Positions 39,175 through 51,949 of a DNA stretch of 64,000 nt are shown piece after piece. Every line of letters starts with the position of its first letter. Position 1 is the first letter of the stretch. This DNA is from Octopus sinensis (Eukaryota): the NCBI RefSeq assembly GCF_006345805.1, contig NW_021832223.1:248001-312000 (forward strand), given 5' to 3'. The position numbers were made by a program, and so were the translations under genes. Under the pieces are notes generated by a model. The model was not told the DNA's origin, did no database searches, and saw only the letters and a program-made list of their open reading frames with translations.

Positions 39175-40382
39175 TTATTCAAACAATTGGCTGTTACCCC
39201 AGCGCGAATATTTTGCAATAAAATCGTCTGCCTTCTCTTTTTGAACTGAATATTCCTCCACCAACGGGTTTCTCCACCGGTCATAATCAACGTCCACAAT
39301 TCCTGCCACCACCTCCTTCCCAAAAAAACGCGGAAACGTCCTCTCATCCTCAATCAAATGTGCATACCCCCCGTCCATCCCCAATTCGACAGCAAAGTAC
39401 GGAAAACCAGACGGAATCTACAATCACCCCACAAAATACAGCAGTTCGGAGAGTCTTTCCTCGAAAATCGACAACTTTCCTGTTCATAGCCCACTCACCC
39501 TCGCACTCCATCAACGCCTTCTTGAAGTACAGAAGTGGGGCCAGTCCTTCCTCTATCGGAATGCACTCCACGACCATGTGAGGAGCACTGCTCAAGTTCT
39601 TGACTGTCTCCATAAACAGAAGGCTTTGTCCCGTCGTGTTCTGAAAGAATTGGACGAGCCTTCCCTTGAGTGTCTGCAACTCCTCGAAAGTACTCTCCAA
39701 ACACCCCCTGGACGACCCCTCATGCTCGACTGCCACCAAAAGACAATGTCCGTCCACCAGTGACTGCACTGAGGGCACACTCACATACACAAACTGTCCT
39801 ACTAACACCTGCAAGTGAATATTCGACTTGCCCAGACATAACTGACAGTCCTCCATTGCTTGGAGTGCACGTTTATGGTCTACTATCACCCAATCAGACT
39901 ACTCTTTATGGCCACTGTTATGTCCTGTCGTCCACTGTCCTCAAATACACTCAATTTGCCCACTCCTCTCTTCTGTCCGTAGTCGAATGAACTGTGCTTC
40001 TCGTCGTACACCAGTTCTCGCAGGTCCTTCATATTTTCATTTTCGCCCTTCCGCTTGACTGAACACACGTGCTGGACACTCCCATCCCTGTCCACGTGTT
40101 GTAGCACTTGGGGTTTCCTTAGACTAGCCATTTCTGACTCAATTTCCTTAGCTAGTTCCTGTCTTGTTATAAATATGATTATACTTTATTTCCCGTCAGT
40201 TCAGCCTTTATTAGTCTTGCTCCTAACTTGTTTAGTCTGTTTTCTAAAGACGTGTCTTCCTCTGTTTTTCTGCCTTTTTTCCAACTTTTTCTGGTGGTTG
40301 GATCGGGTTTGGAAGGTTCTTGATCAGTGGGTTTGAGGAATTGTCTTTTCGAATGCGAATTTCCGCCATCCATGTGCGACAT
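39175..40382 (-). CDS. CWF19L2: CWF19-like protein 2 (CwfJ domains)
   Basis: RLNKLGARLIKAELTG, CQLCL, SLVDGHCLL, PHMVVECIP, YFKKALMECEGEWAMNRK, FPRFFGKEV. Confidence 0.88.
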
Positions 40383-40836
40383 TGAGACTGCACCACGACA
40401 ACTTGTATTTCAAATATATTATTACAATTAATAATTCCAAATTATTTAATACAACCTTAATACATCATAATTTAATTCATAAATTAAACTCATTCGTAAA
40501 AAAATATTTTATAAGGATCCCTTTGTATTTTAAATATAATGATCTACTCACACATACATTGTGTCAGTGAATAAATATTTGTTTGGACGAGAGGACAGTG
40601 AATTGTGACAAAGTGAGATTGATGTGAACATTAACCTGAAGACCAGCTATTTAAAATGTGCAGTTTAAAAGACAAGTACATGTCACTTAATCAGATTGTG
40701 CAGCACAATGAATTGAATTTGTCGTCCACTGTGATTGATTGACGGGAGTGCCGGCAGCAGTCATTTTTAGCTCGATTCCTCTCAAAGTCACGCAAAGTGC
40801 GAAATGTATGCCGACTGTGTCTAACATGTAGATATT

Positions 40837-42045
40837 ATGCCTGAAGGAAGACTAGTCGTCAATAGATTCTGTCCGATGCTTGTTTTAAGTTTAGGCCGTC
40901 TTCGCCTGGGGGTATTTTGTGTGGTTTGTGGGGACAATTCGTCGGGAAAACACTACGGAATATTCACCTGCGATGGGTAATGCCACAAATTGTATTGTAG
41001 ATGTGCCGGGTTCTTCAAGGTACGGATTGTTTCTAACATGAAGCGGTCCATCAGGAAGAGGTGCAAATATTCGTGTCGAAACAACAAACAGGAATGTCTG
41101 GTCGACAAGTCCAATCGAAATCATTGCCGATCGTGCAGATTACAACGTTGTCTTGTAGCGGGAATGAATGTGGAAGGTCAGTGTGCCTAATTGAGTGAGA
41201 GAGATGCGCAAAAGAGCCGGAAATATCACGCTGCTGTAGTTAGTTAAGTAGGATTAGTTGACATGGAGAACACTGATTGTGGTTTATCAGATTCCACAAG
41301 TGTGACCTCATTTCTCGATCATTATGTGTTGTAGCCGTCCAAAATGAGCGAGGTCCGCGGATGGGAAATTCGTGGAAAAATCAGGAACAACTCGACAGGC
41401 TGAGTGACTCCACCAACTCCATGGAAAGTCTCGACTATTCATCCCTCGAGTCAGAATTTGATAAAAAAATTAAATTACTGACAGTAAGACTCCCTCATTA
41501 GACAGGTCTTGTATACTTCTCTGGAATCCGGGAACGATTCTAACAGAAGCACAGTCCTCCTATTCATCTACCAGTTCTATCGGACCACCTTGATCCCTAC
41601 ATTTTTACGACTGGGAGAGAATGACCAGAAACAGCTAATTCAGTGCAGATCTTTGATTGTCTTTATTTTATGTGCTGCCGAAAAAGGACAACTTTACGTC
41701 AGAGGTTAGCACATCTCAGAATCTTAGACTCTGTTCTGGACGACTTGGATGTGAGCAAAATAAACATTCCTATAAGACGTGTCATTGACCTCAACTTGTC
41801 GCCCTCTGAGTTCAATTTTATATACCCCATCGCCTTCTACAACATTGGTTTGCCACACAATGTGTCAATTTAAAGCAGTGGGTGAGACCGTCAATGCTCT
41901 CTCCGGCCGCGAGTGTGTGGAGTCTCTGTATTGGTCTCTCATCAGAGAATTCACCAAATATTTAAGCTCGGACTATCAGGACGTCTCCGCAGACTGGCAC
42001 AAATACTGGACTGCGTGTCCCAGAGTACAAAGTTGTAGTTACTGA
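40837..42045 (+). CDS. Nuclear receptor, NR2E class (tailless/TLX-like), divergent short LBD
   Basis: [20 protein letters not shown]|CAGFFK|[18 protein letters not shown]|AVQNERGPR. Confidence 0.85.
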
Positions 42046-42289
42046 CATTAATATTAACTTTCCTAAATATATTTTCCTTCATTCACAAATCAATCATCAA
42101 ATCGATGAATACTGACCCACTTTTTGCACTTTTCAATCTTTTTGTGTGCACTTTATGGCACGTGTAAAAGATACGGGTTAATCGCTTAAGGGAATATTCT
42201 TGACTTGTTTGAATTGGATGCTCCTCCCGGCCACAAAAAGTGTCCCAGCTGATTCTTGTAATAGACCGGGGATTCTGGTTCTGACATTA

Positions 42290-44884
42290 TCAGTTTGTAT
42301 ATTTTCTAACAATGAGGCCATCGACTACCTGACTGCTAAAGTGCATGCGAGAACTCTTCCAAATGCTAGTTGATTGGAGACGACGGAACAAGGCGATCAA
42401 ATACTTGTGAATATATATTTCACAAACACACAGCACACAGGAGATCAGAGTGAACAAACCCAATGCAATGAAGGAGCCGATATGATGACTCGGAGTGATC
42501 ATGTTCGCCATCATGTTCATGTCTACGTGGCAAATATCGTCAATGAAATATTTGTCGGTCAAAGTCGGCAGTGTCTTGATTTGTACAAGTTTGTTTATTT
42601 TATTCTGCATGTCCTCCTATTAATGTAGTGGACAGGTTTACCCTGTAGACTGAGTCTTTGGGTATTCCGAACCCGTAGGGACTTTTCCCGAACTGTCCCG
42701 TCACCACCAGGTCACATGCTGAGTTATATTTGGGGATTTTCGTATAAATTTCTTCATTCAGAAAAAAGTGGATGTCTCCATTTCTGAGGTCGTGGAAGGC
42801 CTGTTCATTGGACGTGTATTCTACAAATTTGTCGGCCTCAAACTCATTTTGAAATTTGGAGGCGAGGACTGAGCCTTTCAGTACCCCGATTTTAGTCCAA
42901 TGATTGTTCTATAATATTTTGAGTGAAATACAAAAATGTCATCCAAGTCGACCTGCATTCCGTCGTCCGTCGATATCAGGGTGGCCAGGAATGCGGTGTA
43001 GTACGCCATGATAATGAAGGCAGCAAATGCCCAAAACGATTGGAGGAATCTGGCCGAGACCGACTTGGGGTTTTTGGCTTGCAGGGAATTCATGGTCAGG
43101 ACAGAAATGACGGTGGTGAATCCTGACCCTGCCAGTGAGTGAGATGGGAGGAACCAATGGCATACACCTTCTCCTTGGCACTGCTGGTGTTCCGACCAAA
43201 AGGACTCAACCATTCGCACGTGGCTGTGATCAAAACCAGCATAAAAATGAGAGTCAGAATGATCATCCACACGTCCGTTTGGAAGGGCAAAAATATAATA
43301 TCCAGTGAAGGTCTTTGTTTTTTGTACACGAATATTAACGAATTGACTGTCATCTTTCTTATCGACACAAAGTCCACGTACTGCAAAGTAGGGACATAAC
43401 CCACCTCCAATCTTTGGCTGGAAATGGTCAGAGATGCCACTGCCAAGTCGGCACGTGCCTCGACCACCTCACCAATAAGTCCATTCCAAGTGCCATTGGA
43501 CAGCACCCCATAACTTGTGTCTTTAAGGATGTACATCTCAATGTTTCTAAAAGGAATGGAAAGGCTAAACGTGAGATATTCAGGAATCAGTTCCAGGAAA
43601 ATTTGAATCAGAAAACCATGGCAGCAGTAAACGTCGTACAGTCCCCCCATGAGCACTTGGAGGGTCCGGAAATCGGCAAAGGACTTGTCGATCCACTTTG
43701 AGTCTTCGCGGAGTATTTGCAGACACACAACCCCCGCCTGGCACACCTCAATGCCTGAGGTGGCCATCACGAAAGGCTCGTCCAGGCGCACAACCACACG
43801 GAAGGCAGAGGACGAGAAGACAAATCAGAAAGACTGGTAGTCGTCCGTTCAATTCGCGGTCTGTCGGAAATGTCCATCAGACTGTAAAGAACAGTCTCCA
43901 CACGTTCGAATTTGAACAAATATAGAAAGACTCCCAGTTTGTGTTGTTGCTTGTATTTGACGACTGTTCTGTGTACGTCGATGGGTGTCCCGGAAAACTC
44001 TTCAATGAAATGATTCATAAGGGTGTCTGGGAAGATAGTGGAATTGAAATAATCGACCGAAACAACTTTTTGGTAGCAGTATTTTTCCGAGGAAGTCAAA
44101 TTTCCCTTAGCAGTCACATACAGGATGTCTCGATTGTGGTACTTGTTCTGAATATGACAGAGGATTGTGGGGATGTGGGGGTCGTCCACGTACAACACGA
44201 CTACTGGCTGTATGATATCCACCACAATTTCGAACGTGAGTTTGTCAGTTCTCGTCATTTCCTCCATGTCGTGGAGGCGGATGACGTGGAAGAAAACGTG
44301 ATTTTTTTGACAATAGTCCAGAATAGAAGACATAAAGCCGTCGAGTTCAAGTTGTGTACTGATCAGTAGAATCACTTGGAGGGAGTTGTGCTGGCCAATC
44401 AATCGTTGCACGAGCAGCACGTGATGGGCGACCTCCGAATTAATGACCGTCTCTCCCTAAAATCAGTAATGAGCAATCTCGAGGGACACAACACAATCTA
44501 GTCAATATACATTAATTCCACGACGGATTTGTCTCCATAAACATCACTTATGAATTTGGAGTTGCAGCCAGTTCTCAGTGGCAGTTGGAGAACGGGGATG
44601 TTGGCCAGCCCCCCGAAGTAAAAGACTGGAATGCAAAGACCGTTGTATATGAGTCCATCCAATCTGTGGGCGGCTACTGTTATGGTGTTCAGATTGACGT
44701 TCGAAAGTCGAAGTTTCACAATGTTTATAGAAGAATGGTTAGCCAGAATGCAGTCGATTGATGAACAGGGCACAGAATTATCGAGTATATACACAATCGT
44801 GGTGTTTGTCTGATGAGTGGAATAAGTACTAATAATAAAAAATGTCACGATCATCGACATGCGGCTATAATTCATTAATAACAT
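42290..44884 (-). CDS. Ionotropic glutamate receptor subunit, NMDA GluN2-like, divergent
   Basis: CCHG, GTWNGLIGEV..ADLAVASLTISSQR, EWLSPFG, M2 VLTMNSL..NPKSVSAR, M3 YYTAFLATL, PYGFGIPKDS. Confidence 0.8.
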
Positions 44885-45178
44885 CTCTTCCTCGTAATAT
44901 TCGATCCATCCTATCTTAATTAGTTGATCACTGCTCCTTATTCCGATGCACCCATCCGACACTGACAATTCTCTTTATATGACCCCACTGTTCACACCTT
45001 TTTCACTAAACTGGTCAGTCTCCAAAATAGATCAGAATTTTAGAGCTAATTTCTCGGTAGATTCCCATTTATTCTTAACAAATGACCAATTTTTATATGC
45101 TATATTTTCGGTGCACATTAATCCAGGGATTAGTCTCAGAAGACAAGTTAATAATAATTGACAGAAGACTACCATAAT

Positions 45179-46100
45179 ATGTATAAATACTATTTCCATA
45201 GTGAAGGTGGTCATGGCACGTCTGCTTGAGGAGAACCCCTACAGTAACACCAAGACTGGACTACTGGGAGACCAGCGGGACACAATGTTGATCAATGAAG
45301 TTCTCAGAAAAGTGAAATAATCTCCACAATACGACTTAGGACAAAATGGGCTGCGGATTCGTTCGGGGTCATGCAATTCCCGAAGACTTTGTGTACGGAA
45401 TCCCTCCAATCAAGCAAAGATTCGGCGTCTCTGATGGTTTGGTAGGAATAGTGACTCTCAGCTATGCGCGGATGGCCAGACATTCAACTTGGTAAACAAA
45501 AAAGCAAATCAGCCCCCCGCGAGAGGGACTTTATAGCAATGAACACAGCGGCCACTCAGTCCGGGATTGTCACTGCCAAGGAAGTCAACAGTTTCTTCAA
45601 GATGCACGACATCCGAAAGAAGGTCCCCAAAAAATCCACGACAAAATCGAAATCCTTTGAGTCGATGGTGCACGGAGTGAAATCCCGGTGCCTTTTTTTG
45701 ATGTCATTTAGTCCGTCGACTCCGATAAGTTACGTGATCGAACACAAATACCAAACTGACTACATCAACGAAATGTACAACAAAAAACATGACAAAGACG
45801 GACTCCTCAAAAAAGTAATCCGTTCGATTTAAATTTAGAAACGTAGCCAAGACGAAGTATACATGACTAAGACCAGTCTTTCTCGCCATTTTGCGCCGCC
45901 GGAAGAGCCGAGGGAGTTGTGGCAAATGAGGCAATTCCGAGACAAGGTTCCCCAAGTCTCTCATTGAAAAGGCGACTCCCCACCTCGAAACTTTCCGAAA
46001 CACAGAATCGCGGGAGCGAGCATTCAAGAAATACCAGAACGAGAAAATAATAAACAGTGGACCTCTACAAATGGGCATTGGCAAACTCCCAACTCATTAA
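45179..46100 (+). CDS. CFAP77: Cilia- and flagella-associated protein 77
   Basis: Spliced LGDQRDTML..FVYGI..RDFIAMN..GIVTAKE..HDIR..R|PSTPISYVIEHKY..LWQMRQF..HLETF. Confidence 0.8.
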
Positions 46101-46284
46101 CGTCGCTTACAGACATTAATACACTCACTTAGTATGCTCACAAACTAGCCATTTGTATAAAACTCAACATTTGATGCCAGTCACTCAATTAAATGTCCCC
46201 TTCCAAGACCAACACAGCAGAAATGGCCTACTTCTGTCCCTCAAATCATAGTTTGAACACCCTAGTGATCTCCGTCAAAGACGA

Positions 46285-47027
46285 CTAGCACAAATAAAGA
46301 GTAGAAAATAAAGACAAATCATCGAATGAGTGAAATACGCGTAAAGGGGGAATAATCCAAGTCCAAATCTGCTTCGAAGACAGGACTAGAGTGAGACAGA
46401 ACAACAACTCCGTGGCCGATCGCACTTTTAACAGCAAATGCATTTTCCCAGTACGCTCATCGACACAGCCATAAAAAACCCCCACAAGAAAGTCGACGAC
46501 AGGCGCAGTCTTCCTCTCGGGGGACAACCAGTCTATGTGGTGCATGTTCTACGTAGTGCCGGCGGGTACCTTCAGACGGAAGAACACTGCACCCACCTCA
46601 GCCAGCGTATTAAAGTCGAACTGAGGCGACAACCAGCCTTGATTGACTTTAAAAAGAGGAAATTTGGACTGTCTGGTGAGGAATACAATACCCAGCACTC
46701 CACGTCGGTCATTTCGTCAGAATCCCACTTTCTCGTCTGGAAGGGGTACTGCTTGGACACGACTTCCCCCACGCCCACGAAGACCAGTCCGTTTAACACT
46801 GAGAGTTCGTATGTGAATGTTTTGGTGGAGGAATCGAAGGTCTGGTTGTCTGAAGGGCTGTACCTTTATCACTAGTCGGGTTTTTTCTGAATTCTTGTCA
46901 ACAAATATGGCGTTGGAAAACAAATGGCTGTCCTTGTGGGAGGGCAGGAAAACATTTTCGTGGTTATTTCCGTTGGTCAGTCTTTGATAACTTATAATCA
47001 TTACGTTAGAAAATTGTCGTGTATCAT
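46285..47027 (-). CDS. GID4: GID4/VID24-like subunit of the GID/CTLH ligase, divergent
   Basis: GEVVSKQYPFQTRKWDSDEMTDVECW|SKF..FDF..VFFRLK|..GVFYGCV. Confidence 0.75.
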
Positions 47028-47329
47028 TTTGTCATACATCCGCCAGATGTAACTCATTTTGTAATATATCAACATTTATTTTATTATAATATTAATAGCT
47101 TGTAAATTAAAAAAACATAATTTAAAAGTCCAGATAAAATTGATTTTTAATTGTTTCTGCTTTCAGTCAATTCTCCTCCTCTTCGAGCCCGAGCTAATAT
47201 CTTCGACGGGTACATTTATACATTTTACAGGGCAGGCCACTTTTGTGGTTGTACTCGAGTCTGATGGTCTCACTCGGGGATGCACTAATCCGATGTAGGA
47301 AGGAGTTTGTACTTCGGGCGCATGCTCTC

Positions 47330-47720
47330 CAGTGTTTTCTTGATTACGATTGTTTGAACATAGAGTCATGAACTGGTAGAGAGTTCTGGTAGTGCTTATA
47401 GAATTTGGATATTATTCCATCCCAAGTGAGAACCGACGGTACGACATTCACATTTGCATTATAGATTAACCTCAATTGCCAAAAGGTCGTATTTATGTAA
47501 TTTCTCAACTTCCATATGTCAGCGTAATGATGTTCAGAACTTTTTCGTAGACAAAAATGTCCGGTTTATTATTATTGACTATAGTATCCGTCTTGATCGT
47601 CGTGTCCACACGTATTTCGACCACCTCATTAGAGACAGTCGACTGAACAGAGTGGGTCTTCAACTTCCGAGACTGTTTTATCCCATATTTTCGGCAGATG
47701 TGCAAGTAAATGCACCTTAC
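47330..47720 (-). mobile_element. R4/Dong-like non-LTR retrotransposon RLE fragment
   Basis: VEIRVDTTIKTD..NKPDIFVY..VLTWDGII. Confidence 0.7.
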
Positions 47721-48764
47721 AAACTCACGTATGTAAATTTAATAATTTATCACCATTTGACTGACTAAAGCTCTAATTATTCATTTACCTAACATAATTT
47801 CATCGAATAAACCTATTCCTTTAAATAGCTTTGTCAGAACTTGTGGCGGACAAACTAATAAAATTCACTGAATATACCGATAAATTTAATTTATACATAG
47901 ACTTGAGCATTCATCAAAATCTTCATCTTTAATTCTATTTTCTGAACTGAAATCTCGTCTGGTCCAAAGAATGCATTTGTCTGATCTTCAGTTGAATTTT
48001 TAGTTTTTTTTATCGTTTTATTTTTTTACCGTTAATCAAAAATTACAGTGACTTTCAAGTGACGTGATAATTTATTCTCCCTATTTATGAAATTAATAAC
48101 TGAGCAAAATTTTGTTTCAGAATAAGAAAAAAATCAGAGAGGAAGCGTTTGTAGAAGACGGGTTATCATCAGCTCTGGGCAGTCTTGGGATCCATGATAA
48201 AATTAGAAATGAAATCGCAAGACAAAACAATGATGTTAAAAATTAAAAAATTGTTTATGTATTCAGTGCAGAACAAAGAAAAAAATATGTTACAAAAAAA
48301 TAATTGAATAAGATTGATGAAGTTTATCTATCTTTATTCATACTTTAATGTAACAAAAAATAATTATGAAAAAGGAAAAGAAACTAAAAAAACATTTTAG
48401 AATTTGATAAATATTGTATAGTTCAATCCAACGCTGATCGTGTTTTTCTTGACGCTTTGATTATATTCGGCGTTCTCTTCTGATTTTTATCTTTGACTTT
48501 TTATGAACAAAATTCGGGATCGGTCCTCACTTTAGTTGAGATCTTGTAAGTATAGTAATTGTAACGTAATATTAGTCCGCTTGTTTGACAGCAGATTCAA
48601 AACAGATCGGAATTTTTATATAAAATAAAACTGTCTATATCTTTTCAAAATTTCAAAATTCATTTTAAATTTGTTGATTATTTTCATAAATATTTTGAAT
48701 CTGGGACGATAACCTATTTTATTCAATAAAATAAAATATTTTCGATTATACTAACCCAATTAGA

Positions 48765-49793
48765 ATGAATCTCCTTACTTTATTGCTGATGCGTACCATC
48801 GTAATCTCCCAAGACACAACTCTTTCTTCCTCTTCATCTGTTACTGTTAACAATAATCCCACCACAACTACACCTTTGGCCAACACAAGTACTCCGTTTA
48901 CCAGCCCAACTACACCTTTGCCAACTACACTGAGTACTTCAAACAGCACATTTACACGTTTGCCGACTACACTGAGTACTTCAAACAGCACATTTACACG
49001 TTTGCCAACTACACCGAGTACTTCAAACAGCACATTTACACGTTTACCAACTACACCGAGTACTTCAAACAGCACAAATACACGTTTGCCGACTACACTG
49101 AGTACTTCAAACAGCACAACTACACGTTTGCCGACTACATCGAGTATTTCAAACACCACAACTACACGTTTGCCGACTACATCGAGTATTTCAAACACCA
49201 CAACTACACGTTTGCCGACTACACTGAGTACTTCAAACACCACAACTACACCTTTGGCCAACACAAGTACTCAGTTTACCAGCCCAACTACACTGAGTAC
49301 TTCAAACAGCACAACTACACGTTTGCCGACTACACCGAGTATTTCAAACACCACAACTACACGTTTGCCGACTACACTGAGTACTTCAAACAGCACAACT
49401 ACACGTTTGCCGACTACACTGAGTACTTCAAACAGCACATTTACACGTTTGCCGACTACACTGAGTACTTCAAACAGCACAACTACGCCTTTACCAACTC
49501 GTTCGAACACGAGTAAAAGTACAATTTTTACTTATGCTACGGAAAAACGACCAACTAAAACTTCAACAAAATCCACTACAACTTCTTCGACAATATCAAC
49601 TTTCCCTGCCACGACGAAAAAATTTGTAGACAAATTGTCTCTTGAAAAGAATAAACTTCATGAAAAAGAATTGAAAAATAAGAACATTGTCATTTTTGTT
49701 CTTTCCGGATTTATCGCTCTAATCGTGATCCTCCAAGTTTCTCTCATTCTCATCCGCAAAATAAGACGCCAGAACTACCAAGAACTTTATTAG
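48765..49793 (+). CDS. Intronless membrane mucin (signal peptide, ~14 x 14-aa S/T repeats, TM, YQEL tail)
   Basis: 42-bp unit TTLSTSNSTxTRLP; TM IVIFVLSGFIALIVILQVSLILI; ends NYQELY. Confidence 0.85.
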   Translation: MNLLTLLLMRTIVISQDTTLSSSSSVTVNNNPTTTTPLANTSTPFTSPTTPLPTTLSTSNSTFTRLPTTLSTSNSTFTRLPTTPSTSNSTFTRLPTTPSTSNSTNTRLPTTLSTSNSTTTRLPTTSSISNTTTTRLPTTSSISNTTTTRLPTTLSTSNTTTTPLANTSTQFTSPTTLSTSNSTTTRLPTTPSISNTTTTRLPTTLSTSNSTTTRLPTTLSTSNSTFTRLPTTLSTSNSTTTPLPTRSNTSKSTIFTYATEKRPTKTSTKSTTTSSTISTFPATTKKFVDKLSLEKNKLHEKELKNKNIVIFVLSGFIALIVILQVSLILIRKIRRQNYQELY

Positions 49794-50354
49794 TAATATA
49801 TTTAGTACATTATTAACAAATTCTGTTTTTGTTATTCATCCTACCTTTTTGATTATTATTAAGCCACAAAGTGCGAAAGTATCCTTTACCGTGATTACAT
49901 ATGGAGACATAACAAGGTTTTAAAGTCTTCATTGTTTGCTCTCCAGCAAATATGGCTTAGTATATTGTTTATCACATTGTTTCACTTACAGGCATCTCTT
50001 TAGGATTAATAAAGAAATTATGTCACATTATCATTATTGTAATGATGTCATTCTATTTTATTCGGAAAATCCAGGAGCCCAAATTTAACCTGGATCGGAT
50101 CAACCCCTGCATAGTCATCTACGTCCGTTTTAATATCTGATAAGATTTCGTTTTTTCTGCTCTTCATAAAGACAGTCGCTTTTTTTACTCTTTATCAGTG
50201 CATCGTGATCACGTAGCTAATTTGTTCGGTTTCTACTGTTGTCCTGATGAATAAATAAAGTAAGTTTTACCGCCGCTTGTGCAGTACCCCAGGCACCTCC
50301 ACCCTTCACCTATGATGTAAATTTGTAGGAGGTCATTAACAGTTTCTATTAGTC

Positions 50355-51785
50355 TGTCATTCATTTATTATTATTATTATTAGAACCAAGATCACCGTCC
50401 AAAACATAAAACTAATTAATCAGGTGATCCCGGCTTCTCTGAGGAGGGTCCTCAACTTTGCCCGGTGCTCCTCCCTTGTCCCGGCACAATTTCTGTGAGG
50501 GCGCGGTGGTGGTGTTTTAGGCCCTGTAGCCCCGAGGTTTCTTCTCAAGATTTCATTAAAGATTGGGGCGATGAGTAGATGTTCGTTCGGTCCCTGTAGT
50601 GCTTTTCGCAAGCGATCTTGAGTTTTCTCGATTTTAGCGCGGTTCTTTCCACTGATAAACCCTCCCCACGCCTCACAAGCATAGCTAAGGGAGGGTTCGA
50701 TGAATTGCCGGTATAAGGCTTGTCGTGCGGGGAAGCTGATACACTGTCTGCATTTACGAAGAAACACTTTCAAGATGTTCAGTTTCTTCATGCACCTCGT
50801 AGTAATATTATCGACTTGTTGAGAGAAACACATATGACTGTCGTAAGTCACCCCGAGGATTTTCTGAGATTTTTGAAACGGGATTTCCATGTTATTTAGG
50901 TACAGGTTCACCACCGTTTTCCCAAGCTTCCTTGCTGAGGTCATAAGCGTGGTGACCGATTTTTCCGGACTCGTTGATAGTCGGTTTAGCGAGAGCCAAC
51001 TTTCGAGATTGTTAAGGTGGTTCTGCAGTTTTGTACTCGCCGTGTTCACCTCACAGCTCCGGGTAGCAATTACGATATCGTCAGCGTATGATAAAATGAT
51101 TGAGTCTTTGTCGTTTGGTAGCGGTAGATCCGATAAGAATAAGTTGAACAGGGCTGGTGAAAGGGGGGAGCCTTGAGGGACCCCGTTTGGAAAGTATCGA
51201 GACATCGATCTTGTATTGTTTTGTGGATTCTGCCTCTTCGGCCGCTGAGGAAGTTAGCTAGCCACATTTTCAGTCTTGGGTGAATTCCACTAAGGTATAT
51301 TTTCCTGGTCAGTATTTTTCTGGGAACGAGTCAAAAGCCTTATGGATATCCACTGAGCACATAACCGTTTTTTGGTTATACGGTTTGGTAGATAGTCCAT
51401 CTGAGATGAAGTTCGTCAAAGTGACAAGGTGCGAGGTGGTTGATTTACCACATTTAAATCCATGTTGAAAGTCCAAATCGGGGAGATATTGTTTGGTGTG
51501 GTGAGTATAAGTTTTTCCAGAACTTGGAAAGACGCAGAGGAGAGATATTGGCCTGTAGGACGCCGGGTTGTCTTTTGGTCTCCCTGGTTTCAGAATAGGG
51601 CGAATGTGTGCCATTTTCCATATTGTGGGTATTGCGTTGTTGTTTATAGAAAAGTTGTAAATTTGACAGAGAGCTGATATTGCCACCGGTCCTAGGTTTT
51701 TCATCAGGATAGTAGGAATTCCGTCAGGTCCACAAGAGCCAGTGCTTCTTAAATTTCTGATGGTCTGAGACACCTCCTCTGTCAT
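50355..51785 (-). mobile_element. 5'-truncated LINE (RT, I/Jockey-group-like) with (TAA)n tail
   Basis: YRPISLLC, VDIHKAFDS, GVPQGSPLSPALFNLFL, YADDI; frameshifts; tail near 50365-50380. Confidence 0.9.
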
Positions 51786-51949
51786 TCATTTATGTGGTCC
51801 AAACACATTATATTGACTTTGTAATAATTAAAATGATATTCCACGAGGGTTTAACATTGGTTGTTGGGATTAAGTTAAGAGAAATTGAGGAATATAATTA
51901 AAATAATAAAAACTAGGCTTTGTCTCAAACTCTTATTGACAAGGCAGCT

